Shown here piece after piece: positions 37,401-49,700 of a stretch of 64,000 nucleotides of DNA. The position numbers and the translations under genes were made by a program. The stretch is from NCBI RefSeq assembly GCF_002571385.2, contig NW_019217790.1, forward strand, positions 202,561-266,560. The letters run 5' to 3'. A model generated the notes under the pieces. The model was given only the letters and a program-made list of their open reading frames with translations. It did not search any database and had not been told where the DNA came from. This stretch comes from Stylophora pistillata (taxonomy: Eukaryota). Each line of letters opens with the position of its first letter. The stretch's first letter is position 1.

Positions 37401-40400
37401 TTTTCAAAAAAAAAAAAAAATTAAGTTTTTACTGATTGAATAAAATTTACCCGTGAAACCCTAGTGGAGACTGGCTGCTTTTCTCGATACGAGTAATCAG
37501 AATAGTTGCAACAACATAACGAATTTACAACGGAATTCGAAAGCACCTGAACAATTCTACTATGGCAATTATTCCGTTCAGGCTCGGTGAATATCGTTGA
37601 ATAATCCCCCTGCCTTTGTCGCGGGGATTATTTAACAATATTCATTTCGCCTCTGGCGAATAATTGTTAAACATTTGTAATATTACAAACAATTTTTTGT
37701 CATTTAGATTAATCGACAGTCAACTAATTATCACGTTAATCCTTGATTTAAGTTTTCAAATCTGTTTCCGTTTGAGTGTGTGATTCTTAGTTCGTGTGGA
37801 ACTCTTTCTTAAATGGCGAGCCCACCTACTATTCATGTTAATTTGCCTTTCTTGTTGAAACAGTTTTACCATTTTTCCTGAAATCGCGAGAGTAAGAAGG
37901 CTGATTTGCATGCACATGATAATAATCTGGATTTCCATTATGAGAGGTCTATTCGTAGATTCACTATTGGTTTATTAAGAAGTCTGACACTATCAAATAT
38001 TCTAAAACTATGTTTAAAAGTACTCTAGAGGCAATTCTGCGTTTTGGGTGAGCTTCAGGCACATTAAAAAATGCAGAAGTTAAAAAAAAGTTCTTTATAC
38101 TGCTGTCTCAATCGTCGTGTTTTTATTTCGCAGGTTCTTCAGCTAGACTGGAGACCGCTTATAAGAGACTCTATCTGCTACGCCCTATCACTCGGATTCT
38201 TTTCTTGGTTTGCATGGGATGGCAAGTTCGAGCTATATGAGTCCATCATTCTCCTCGGTCTGTACTTTCTCTACATCGTTTTGATGAAGTTCAACACCAG
38301 GCTTATGGATCTCATGGGTGGGGCAAAGTAAGTAAGAAACTATGACAGTCTTTCATCTGAATTTTCCTTCTGAAACCGTTTGAGTATGGTACCTAATGGA
38401 TAATTTTACAATGATTCACGTTTAAACTGATTCTTGTAGACAACTGGTGACATTACAATCAAGCATATCGGTGCTTGTAAAGTTTACTCAACTATAAACG
38501 TTGACCTAACCGGTTACTATAGTAATTCATTCACATGCTACTTATTTTTCGTCAAGTTGAACAATGTAACAAAAATGAGGAAAATGAACTAAAGGAAAGT
38601 AAAAGTGCACTGAAAAGAAGAAAAGTAAAAATATCAAACCGTCTGAAATCTATATAAAAAACTATTTGAAAATAGAAACTGATAAGAGAAATAATATAAT
38701 AAGTATAAAAAATTTCTAACGCGGACAGCTTTATTTCTTGTTGCCTGTCTCCGTCAGAATGTTCCCAAAGGACGAAGAGCTTCCATTGGCTTCCCATACA
38801 CTGTTAGTACAATTTGCTTCTCATTTTTACTGTTCTGAGCAACTTTGTAACTTACTCTTCACAAGACAAAGCAAAGATTCCATACTTAAAAACAAGCAAT
38901 ATTCCAACAATAAACTTTATTTCTCCACACGATAGTTCTATAACATTTTAAACTGCTTGCTCGCAACCTTCCCTCCTATCAATACTACGAAAAAATCTAC
39001 ACTGTTCAAAAAACAAGTATAACATAAGTTGTTAACCTGACCAATTCCTAAAGACGCGAATTTCATCAAAAAATTGCAAGACGATTGTCATAAAAATATA
39101 CTTCTAAACTGTACTGGTTTTAAGTATACAAAATAATTATTTTTGTTTTAGTGAAGTAAAACGTTTCTTTAAAAAAACTTAAGTCCAGCCTGCTCACGTA
39201 AATGCATGGTTATAACAATGCTTGCTGATTTCATAAACTCTCTCGTGAAGTGGGCTTTTTGGACGGCCAAACAAACACTTTTTATTTCTATTTCAAGGCA
39301 CAAGGGAGGACAAGTCAGTCCACAAAATACAGAAGTAACACAGTTTGTGAGTAGTGATATCGATGTGCAGTCAGACCACAACGCACAGAGCTCGTCTGTT
39401 GCTATTTTTCAAGGGCGGCAAGGAGTACCTGCAGGAAAGCTGCCTCCCATTAGATCGGTGGTAAGAAGCGGTCTTTAGCACAGGGATCCCCGAACAGACA
39501 ACAGAGGAAATACAAATTCAACTGAGACCCACTGACACTAAGTATACTGCTGAGCTAGAAGTGCTCTCAAACATTCTAAAACGTCGAGTTTCTCTTTCAG
39601 GAAAGTAACGCAGATGAGGGTACAAACTCGAAGGTGGTTTTAACGGCTAATCTAAGTGATCAAAGGAGATTTTCACACGCCAACAAAGGACAAGTCTCTA
39701 GATCATTTGTAAGTAAACGGAAGCCTCTGTTAAGTAACACATAATTCACAACCAGTTAGTATTGTGTTCTCACCACTGACTTTCATGTCTAAAGGGACAA
39801 ACCATTTCAAAGTCAAGTCTTGAGAAGCTGTTCAAGAAAGGCAATTTAAAGCGGTAGAGAGAGTAAATTTGTCCATAGTACGACAGGGTACTAGTTTAAT
39901 AGCACAGTTTCGTCTAGCGGCGATAAGGACAAGCAAACAAATATGCCACGGTAGCACCGCACCTGGTTAGCTCAATTGGTTAGAGCGCCATATTGTGTTG
40001 TGCGGGAGGTCGAGGTCGATGGTTCAAGCCCCGGCCGGACCCACACTCAAGGTCTTAAAATAACTGAGGAGAATGTGCTACCTTTCTATAATAACAAGAA
40101 ATGGATAGATATTCTAGTCTTCTCGGATAAGGACGAATAAAACCGAAGGTCCCGTCTCCTGCAGGGTTAGGGGTAGGAGACGTTAATTTCCCACGCACGA
40201 GATACTGTCTAGTGGATGTCCTCCCCGGGGTGGGATGGTGGGTACAAAGGGGTTAGGTGTCAATTGGGACGAAAGTTCTGTTCTTTTCTCCTGCCATTCC
40301 CGTTGCGAATAAATTGACTTCCTAAATTCCTTTATCCTCGTTTCACGCCAGTAAAAAGAAGTGGTTAGTAGTAGCAAGGAAAGCAGAATTTCGCAAATAT

Positions 40401-42918
40401 CATAGTTGCGAAATCGGAAATGTTTGGAATAGTCTTTGTAAAAACGTTCTGAGGTTTATACTCGGCGAAGTTCATTTGTTTCCATGTAGATAGTCGAGGC
40501 AGGCAGGACGAGAGTTGGTTGTGCTTCAGGGAAAAAAAACGATTAACTGGAAACAGAAAGAAGCTTAGCGGTAGAGACAAGGATCTTAGACAGATGTACA
40601 AAAGTGTAGCCTATACAGACGCCCCTAATTCTGAAAAACAATCAGTTTGAAGGCTGAGGGCGACTGTACACAGCCTGGCTAGAAAGGAGTTTATGTTTGG
40701 TAGAAGCGTTGTAGCTAGATCTTTTGACGCGGTGCGTCAGCCTGTTATTTAAGCTTACAGAACTGAGTTGGTTACCGCTATAAAGGAATAGCATTTTACA
40801 ATTCATCAAAGGGAAATTTGTAACCTTGAGTCAAAGGCTAAAACTAAAAGACAAATGGCCAAAAATAAGAGGAAAGGCCAGATGGAGGTAGTGTTTCTGT
40901 AGCTATCTGTCGAATGATACAGGAAGTTGATCATATCTGGCAATTGTTATCTAGGACGAAACTTCAAAAACAGTTGCTTAAACAAACATTCCTGTCTCTA
41001 TTTTGCAATGGATGCTCGTTTCCAACCACAGATTAATCTATCCCTGGGACGCAGCCATCACTCGACGCTTCCTGTTAAGCCTCGGCTTTCAGTATCGTTT
41101 CCGGGACTAAGAGAACTTTATGACAATCCTAAGGCACATCGAAGGAGTTCTGCTGGAGTCGTTGCTCCAGGAGAGAAAATCAGACTTAAATCAGTAGCAC
41201 AGAAACAAGTGATGAAAGAGTACAGACGCCGTTCAGAGATGGCTGTGAGCCAGCAGCCTACAGTCTCTGTTGTTCACGTGGACGCCAACGGAAACGCCCA
41301 CACGGTACCTATAGATGATGACTCAGAGGCAAAATCTGGCGTGGACTCCAAGACTCAAGTCCGAACGGACGAGGAGAAGGAAGTAAAAATGAAAATTTGT
41401 CCATGTTTACCTGCAGTATCTGCAGAGTTCCCTGAGTACCCCGAGGAAAGAGGTGTTTTGGCCCCATTTAAGTACTTCATAGGATGGGTGTTATTTGTTG
41501 TGAGCTTTCCTTTCATCTGTATGTTTACGTGGACCATACCCGACTGTAGTAAGCCACACAATCGCAAATACTTCCTAGCATCTTTCACGATGTCTATCAT
41601 TTGGATAGCTATTTTAAGCTTTGGCATGGTGACTTTGGTTGGACGATCTGGGTGCATCTTAAGCGTGGACAAATTTACAATGGGGTTAGTGGTCATAGCT
41701 ATTGGCACTAGTATCCCGGTAAGTTATTGATTCCTGTGGTCACGTTTCAACTTCTAGTCTTCAAATGATTTAATGGAAAATTTCCCTTTCAGTTTTCTTC
41801 ATTCAGAGAATATATAACAAATAACGCTATGAAAACATCGACGGTCGCTTAAAAAAAGACGTGCTTTCTTGTTAACGTTTTGTAAAGTGAAGCACCATTG
41901 TTCAAACCCCTGGCTTGCCACATCTCAAGACTTATCATTCGGGGGTTACCTACGAGGTTTTAATTGCCTCCGATAGTTTTGGCGTATCTAACTTATCACT
42001 TTTGAGGAAGAGAGAGACAACAGTGGCCTTATGGTCAGTGTACTGGACTCCAGGTTAAGTGGTTTGGATTCGATACTGGGATAAACTTCCGCTGGGTAGA
42101 CCACTAGGTTCGAGTGCAGACTGAACTTATTTAGACTTTGTGAGAAAAGCTACCTCTAAATTGTATAAGTAAGAAAAGCTCTCAAGATAAACGAACCTGT
42201 TACCTCCTCTGATTCGGTTAGATACTCGACCTTTGTGCTAATTACAGATCAGTTTCATAACTCGACGTGAATTATTCGACTTTTCAGGATGCGTTAAGTT
42301 CCATAATTGTCGCACGGGATGGTTTTGGAGATATGGCCGTTTCAAACGCCATTGGATCGAACGTTTTTGACATCAACCTTGGTATTGGCTTACCATTTGT
42401 TATCAGGATCATGATTGATAACTTTCAACCTATCCGACTACTAACACCAAAGGAAGAGGTAAAATCAAATGGAATTTCATATCAACTCCATCAAAAGAGG
42501 GTAAAAAAAACCTGTTCTTGAAGGTAGCTTCTGTGAAGAATACACTTAACTCTTTCCTCTTCCTAGCGCCTTCCGTGGAAAAAGTACAGCACATGATATT
42601 ATTTCCGAGTCTGTTTATTTCTCACTAGTGTCCTATTTGGAAATTCCATTCAATTGTTGTATTTCTTGATTTTTAACCCTCGATTAATTTTCAATCTTTA
42701 TTTTCTTGCAGAAAATGCTATCTTCAGGAAGTCTTGTGATGGTACCACACGTCAAATTTGGTTTCATTTTGCTTCTCATATTGATCATAGCCCTTGGGAT
42801 TTTCGCCAGCGTGCGGTTTAAATTGAACAGAAAAATCGGTATTTCATTTTTAACAATGTATATCGCATTCGTCATCTACGCTTACGTTCAAGATATGCTA
42901 TGTGATTACGACTGCTGA
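32754..42918 (+). CDS. SLC24-family K+-dependent Na+/Ca2+ exchanger (NCKX); exons 32754-32904, 36370-36537, 36810-36993, 37115-37172, 38134-38327, 39298-39460, 39601-39708, 41032-41718, 42288-42458, 42712-42918
   Basis: [14 protein letters not shown], alpha-1 repeat [33 protein letters not shown], alpha-2 repeat GTSIPDALSS and [20 protein letters not shown] junctions join in frame. Confidence 0.93.
34297..34625 (-). mobile_element. 3' fragment of a CR1/L2-type LINE containing a (TA)n(TG)n microsatellite
   Basis: The minus strand encodes [23 protein letters not shown], typical of the ORF2 C-terminus, followed by a 3' UTR and an A-rich tail. Confidence 0.6.
35629..35804. mobile_element. MITE with CAG(G/A)GCTCGACACTAAC TIRs and a 6-bp TSD (hAT-like)
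   Basis: TSD AACATG at 35623-35628 and 35805-35810. Sister copy at 55280-55452. Confidence 0.85.
39956..40160 (+). mobile_element. tRNA-derived SINE (Deu-domain-like core)
   Basis: A box TAGCTCAATTGGTTAGAGC, B box GGTTCAAGCCCC, and body GTCTTCTCGGATAAGGACG..AAACCGAAGGTCCCGTCTC. Confidence 0.7.
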
Positions 42919-43712
42919 TTTAAAAAAAGGACCAGCTACCCATTTAAAATGACATTGTTACCTTAATAACTCTTTTATAGACCTATAAGCCTTTCTGTTA
43001 GAATACTTCGATTATGGAAAAAGAGAATCACTGCTATCACTTAAAACTGGACAACAGAAAGGCTAATCAAAATTTTATTTTTATGTTAAGTTCACGTTTA
43101 GAAAACGATGAGAATATCTCTAGATGAAGTTTGTACTCGGTTTCCATCGATCCTGTAATGTCTGAAACATTTACCACTTTTTTGTACGAGCATTCTTTTG
43201 ACAAGGCAAGACCCATCTCTGATATCTACACAGATACTTATCATCTATTCATGAAAAGCTATCACTATTTAGGTCATCTTTATTGCAAGGGATTTAAGCA
43301 ATGGCTTGTTAGACTGACATAGAGTCTCGTAGGACAATTTATCTAGAATTAGTTCTGAAATCGTTAAACTACTGCTTGAGTTCTCTAGAATACTGCTAAG
43401 GTTAAGTTATTACAATATAGTACTGACCCAGACGTTTTTGTACTCTAGATGTAAGTTGTTACGTAAGTCAGACTCCTTTTGTTACCATATGTTAAATGTT
43501 TGAAAAGTTTGAAAAGAATATTACACGAGTTTATATCTGCCGAAAAACTTTTTGTGTTGAACACATGGGGAATGGCCTATTAAGACTTTACACTTTTTTA
43601 GTAAAACAAGATAAAAAAGAAATTGCTTTTATATTCAATAAATCATACTGATACAAAAATGACTTGAATGTATTTTTATTAGAGAAAAAGGATATGGCCA
43701 CAAGCATTGCAT

Positions 43713-46700
43713 CTAGGTGGCCGCCAAAAGTTCTTGTCGCATCTTTTTTAATTTGGTTATCCAGCGAGATGTCTTGGTTTCTTCGTCTTCATGAAGCTAA
43801 ATAGAAATGAAAAACACCCATGAAAAAATGTTGTTCCAGTTCAGTTTTATTAGTCTTTAAATGAAGAGTGTATCTATAACATTGTAAAATATTTACCATA
43901 AGGATCTTAATTGAGCTTAAAGAAACAAAGCCACACCATAGGTTGTTTTGTTGCAAAACTTTTGGACAACTTAAAACATTCATAACTGTACATCTGTGTA
44001 CAGTCACTCTGCATGAATGCTACATTAATAGTGAGTTACATGCTCAACAGTCTATTTAGAAAGAGAAACTTTGGTGCAGTAAGTCGAATGAGTTCTTTTT
44101 AAAATAGATTGTGTTCTCAAGCATACAGTTACAGACACTGATGATGCAGACAAAAGTTTCTCTCATCAATAACCTCCCAACCACGAGTATCAATCAACAC
44201 ATCTTAACAGAGGCCACATTATCTCACCCATGAAGCAAACAGTCCCTCCTTGTCAGAATTTTGTGATATAATTGATTGAGGAGCAGTCTTTAACTCTGTT
44301 GTAGTTACAGTAGAGGATGAAATTTCTGGCACTGCTCCACCAATACCAAACATAGCTTCTTCATGGCTACCATCAATATTTTTCCTACCCATCTGTCAGA
44401 GTAAGAAAAAGCATGAATGCTGTTAACTGTTAAGATACTAAGCAGGATTTAAGACTGTCATGAGATTGTGTTACCTGATGACCTTTGTAGCCAGAAGATG
44501 AGCTGAAGGACTGGGGCACAAATTCACTGCTTTCTATTTGTAATATCACATCTTTGTCAGGTGCTAACTCTCCTATTGAATAAAGCAGCGAATAAAGTTT
44601 TTGTCAAAGGAAAAGTAATTATTGCTGATTGACCCCCGAGACTAATAAGTGGGGATTGTGACCACTTATAAGTCTCTAACAATTTTTCTTTCTGTAAAGG
44701 TGCAAAGGTCAATATCAGAAGCAGTAGTGACACATATTTTGGTAAATAATTAGATAAATCATTTATTCACTTCCATTCCTTGCTCAGAAACATGATTTTG
44801 GAGTATCTATCTAAGTCAAAATGAGTTAAGTATATTTATTTTTGGTAAATAATTCGGAGAATAATTTCTTCAGTTCCAGCCCTTACTCAGAAACCTGATT
44901 TTGGGGTATCCATTTTAGTCACGACCTACTTAAATAATTGACCACCTTTACTGAGACTGGGGTTAAGTGTTCCCCAGTCAATGAAGTTTCCCTCACACTC
45001 ATCACTTGTAAGACTTTTTACTGTTGCAGCAAGGCAAGTCTGGAAAATTTACAATAAAAAATGGTTTTAGGACTCACTTAATTCCTTGACAGCTTTATCT
45101 CTTTTGAGGATTTCATCTTTTGACTCTGTTAAAGTACAAATAATTGGAAAAGAAAAGAGTATTATCTGTTTTGTAAAAAAATGAAGTTTAAAAGCAAAGT
45201 ATTTGAGCCATCACAGCTTACCTGCTTTTGCCAAAGCTTTCTTCATTTTCTGTTTAGTCTTTTCTTTTGTGAGCTTTAAGAAAGAAACAATTGAAATAAG
45301 ACCTAACAATTTTTCTTTCTGTAAAGGTGCAAAGGTCAATATCAGAAGCAGTAGTGACACATATTTTGTGTACGAAAAGAAGAGAAGGCTACTCTAAACA
45401 AGAATTTGTTTTGATTGTTCAGTATTAAGGTCGGCACACACGAGGGGACTAGTCCCTGTGAGTAGTCCCAGTGACAAGTCTTTGAAGGGTTTACACGAGG
45501 GGACCGGTAGCAGGGACTAGTCCCTTAAGGCGTTCACACGAGGGCACTCAGTTGCACAAGAACATAAAAAAATTAAGAGGCAAAAGATGTTTCTTAGTCT
45601 GGGGCGTTACACGAAAACAATGAAATTTGGTAACTTTTCATTGTAGCACTATTAAACATCAACACAAATGAACTACACTTATTCAGTCGGATTATTCATG
45701 CTTTTACGTGTTCCGTTTTTGTTTTGTTTTTTTATTTTTAACAGACACAGAGTCAAATAGGGTAAAAATTCCATCAAAATGGGTCCAAGACATCTCTATA
45801 TGTTTACAAAACTAGAAATAGTTTTTTTATTCTTCAGTTGTGGAAATCTAGAATTCAGGGAAAATTCATAGAAACTGCAATGTTTACAAATACCGGAAGT
45901 CACGCAATCCCTTCTTCACAGTATCTATTTTGGCGGGAAAGCAGGAAAACAAGCCGGGAATTTGTAAGAAGATGGTGTCTGGAGCTAAAGAGAAGCAAAA
46001 ACAGATAATATTGCTTATGATGATGATGCTGGATGAAGAGTTGCCAGTCACTTATGCAAAACGAATGTGGGCACAGCAATGGCTCCTACGAAGAGAAGAA
46101 ACAGGCGGGTTCCATACAATTTTTCAGGAACTGGCCGCTGAAGATACGCCTGGATTTAGCAAGTACACGAGGATGCTCTATCCAAAATGTGTTGCTTTAA
46201 CTGAGCTGATAGCGCCATATATTAACAAGGAAGATACTTGCACGAGAAGCTCTATCTCAGCAAGCGAAAGGTTAGCCTTGACCCTACGCTTTCTCACTAC
46301 AGGCGAAAGCTGTCAGTCACTTTCCTTTCAGTTTCGCATTGGAAAAGCAACTGTCAGTGGAATTGTCACAGAAGTGTGTGATGCAATTTACAATGTGCTT
46401 GGAAAGGACTTTCTTCAGACACCTCAGCAAGCTAAGACATGGTCTGAAATAGCAGAACTGTTCCATTTGAGATGGAACATACCAAATAATATTGGAGCAA
46501 TAGACGGAAAACGTATTCTTATACAGAAGCCTGCTTATGCTGGTTCACACTTTCATGATTACGAAGGAAATGAAAGCATAATTGCCCTAGTTGTTTCCGG
46601 GCCAGATTATGAATGCTTTTATGTTGATGTGGGCACTAATGGAAGAAACCAAGATGGGCATGCCTGGGGCAGGTGCTTCCTTAAAAAGGCACTAGATAGT

Positions 46701-49700
46701 CCAGACAACCCATTAAATGTGCCACCTCCACGCCCACTGCCAGGGCGTGTGACACCAGTCCCTTTTGTTCTCACCGGTGATGAGGCCTTTGGGTTAGCAA
46801 AGTACATGCTTAGGCCTTATCCCAGCAGGAATCTCACTGTGGAACAAAGAATTGCCAACTATCGCATTTCGAGGGGTAGGAGAATTTCGGAAAATATTTT
46901 GCGAATTCTTGGAAACAGGTGGTGTTGCTTTAGAGTGCTATTTTTGTTAGCTCCATATAAAGTAAAGAGAATTACCCTGGCTGCACTTACCCTTCATAAC
47001 TGGCTAAGAGCTGATACCAGTACTCGAAACATTTATTGTCCACCCACACTTAGTGACAGGGAGGATCCAGAAACAGCAGAAATTATTCCTGGGTCATGGA
47101 GAGATGACATACCAGCAGATTCTTTCCTAGATTTACAACCTTCAGTATCAAGAAATTGCTCTAGTGAAGCTAAAAATATGCGGGAAGAATTCACCCAGTG
47201 GTTTAACAATGAAGGCATTTGTCATGGCAAAGACATATGTGCCGATTGTAAACCCATTGGACATACAAAATGCATGATAAATCCTTTCATGATCACTTCC
47301 AGAGAAGTGATGAATATGTAACTTCTCCTTAGATTATCAAGACATTGTTTAACCAGTAAGTGATGAGAATTGAGACAATCATCAACTCAAGGATACTGAA
47401 TTGATATACCACCAAATTCTCCATACAGAAGTGTAGGAAAGGACTTTCTTCAGACATATCAAATGAATGCCGACTGACAAGACAAAAACATGAAGAACTC
47501 AATTTGTTTATTTTTAGTTATAACATGTACAGTTACAATAAAGTAACACTTGTGGTTGTGTTATAAGTAAAAACATCTTTTCCAGTATAACCAGGTGTTT
47601 CCACCATTGCAAAATTAACAAAAACAAAGGTGAGAAAGTCCTTGAAAAGTTAAAAAACCCATTACAATGTTCTAAGTAAATACTGCATGAACAATAAAAA
47701 GGTTGTTAAGTTTTCAGGCCACTGGCTTGCAACTGCCAATAAACATACAAACTGAACTTCAGCACCAGTGCATAGATATTTGGCTAACTTATATTTTGGT
47801 TTTACTGAGCACACTTAAACTCTATGAAAAACAAAATTGAACCATTTTAAATCAGCATCATGGTTACCATATGTCAAAATTCTTCACAAACATACTGTCA
47901 GCAAAAGTATCCAATAACCTTAAATGCCTGATGATTCTAACTATTAATGATTCTCCACAAGTTTATAATCATGGTGTTAAATACATTAGGACAACAGTAT
48001 AGCCTGCACACCAGCAAACCATATTTCTTAAAACACAATGAAAATTGAACATTTATACCAAAAGAAAGCCACATCTTTGCATCTTAGTGTCATGCCATGA
48101 CATGCTATGAATTCAATAATTTTTAATTGCATGTTTTCGTGGAGAACAGGGATGGCTTTGAATGAACAAAGGAATATAGATCTGTAAATTAATAATATTC
48201 CATGGCTGCATGGCTGTAAGAATCCATTTGCATGTTTTCATGAGCAACAGGGATGTTAGGTTGAAAATTACTGGCTTCACTTGAACTGTAGGAAGCCATA
48301 GATGGGGCAGGGCTGTACCTACCAAGTGTAGCAAATTGAGTAGGGGCACCACTAGCAACCTCCATATCATCACTTTCTTCTATCTGAAATAATATATCAT
48401 AATTTTTATGCACTTCTTTGCCCTGCGAAACTTTCTTTGACTTAATTGTGACAAGCTTAAACGTACATAATTTGCAAATGCTGCAACTTCACTATTTTCA
48501 ACTGAAATATTTTGTTGTTTATGCTTTTCAGGCTGTTTCATAGCCATCACTGCTTCTGAAAACAACTCTAGTTTTCTATTTTCTTGGTCATCCCTTTGCT
48601 GTTGTTTTGAAGCTTTTCTAAAAACTTTCGGTTTTGAAGATTCTTCAATAATCAACAGTCTCATCTGTATCATCACAGACAGCAGTGAGGAACTTCAATT
48701 GACTATAAAATTCCCAGGCTGGAGTGTAGATGTCAGTTGTGCCACTTCCAGATGGCTTTACAGATGCCTTAGAATGCTCTAATTTCAATTTTTTGACAAG
48801 CTCTTTCCACTTTTTCTTGATATCATCAGCATCATACTTGTCCACAAGGTCTTTCATAAGCATGTCATACAGCAAATCCTTGTTATTATTCTGGTGATAC
48901 TGGGGATTGTTGTGGTTCCAAAGGGATTCATTGCCTTGATAGAATGCAATGAGAGTTTCTAAGAAGAGAAATATAGATTTGAATACACAATGAATCGATA
49001 ACATGCTAAAATTATTTGACATAATTAAAATAATTTAGAATTGGAAACAACTTAACAAAGTTTATACACAATTCTACATTAAGTTATATTTTGCCTAAAT
49101 TATGTAAACCAAATTTCAGCATAAGATGAAGAAGGGACTTCTGTTCAAAGGTATACACAACATGCATAGAACCATTCAGCTACATCTAACCACTCAACAT
49201 AGCCACCACCCAAAAAGGCAAAGGAAAGTGGTCCCCTACTAGATAAGGTAGACGGAAATTAGGGTGTATATATAAGAATGGATTATAACAACTGTACACA
49301 CATGTACAACTGAGGTGGTTAGTTAAGTTGGTGGTAGTCAGGGACATTTTTAGTACTAAAAGTTGATAAGTGGATTAAGAGAAGAAAGTCACTGACAGAT
49401 CCACTGATTGACTTGAAATTTGGGAAATACACTAACCAATCTGTGGTATTTGAAAAATTACCTATTTGTTGGTCGCTCCATTCCTTTTCACTTTCCATTC
49501 TCCCTACAGTCACAGTTTCTCTTAGAAAAAAAAATAAATCAGACCAGTACACCTACTTGATATTCTCTTGTTAGGAAGGTGATTTCTTCATGTACCTTAA
49601 GAGCCATGCTTCTAAGGCCATGCCAATGTTTCTTTATGTCGTTTAGGCTTCGAGGAGGACTTGCCTTCTGTAACTTTGCTTGAAGAGGCGATAGCACTTT

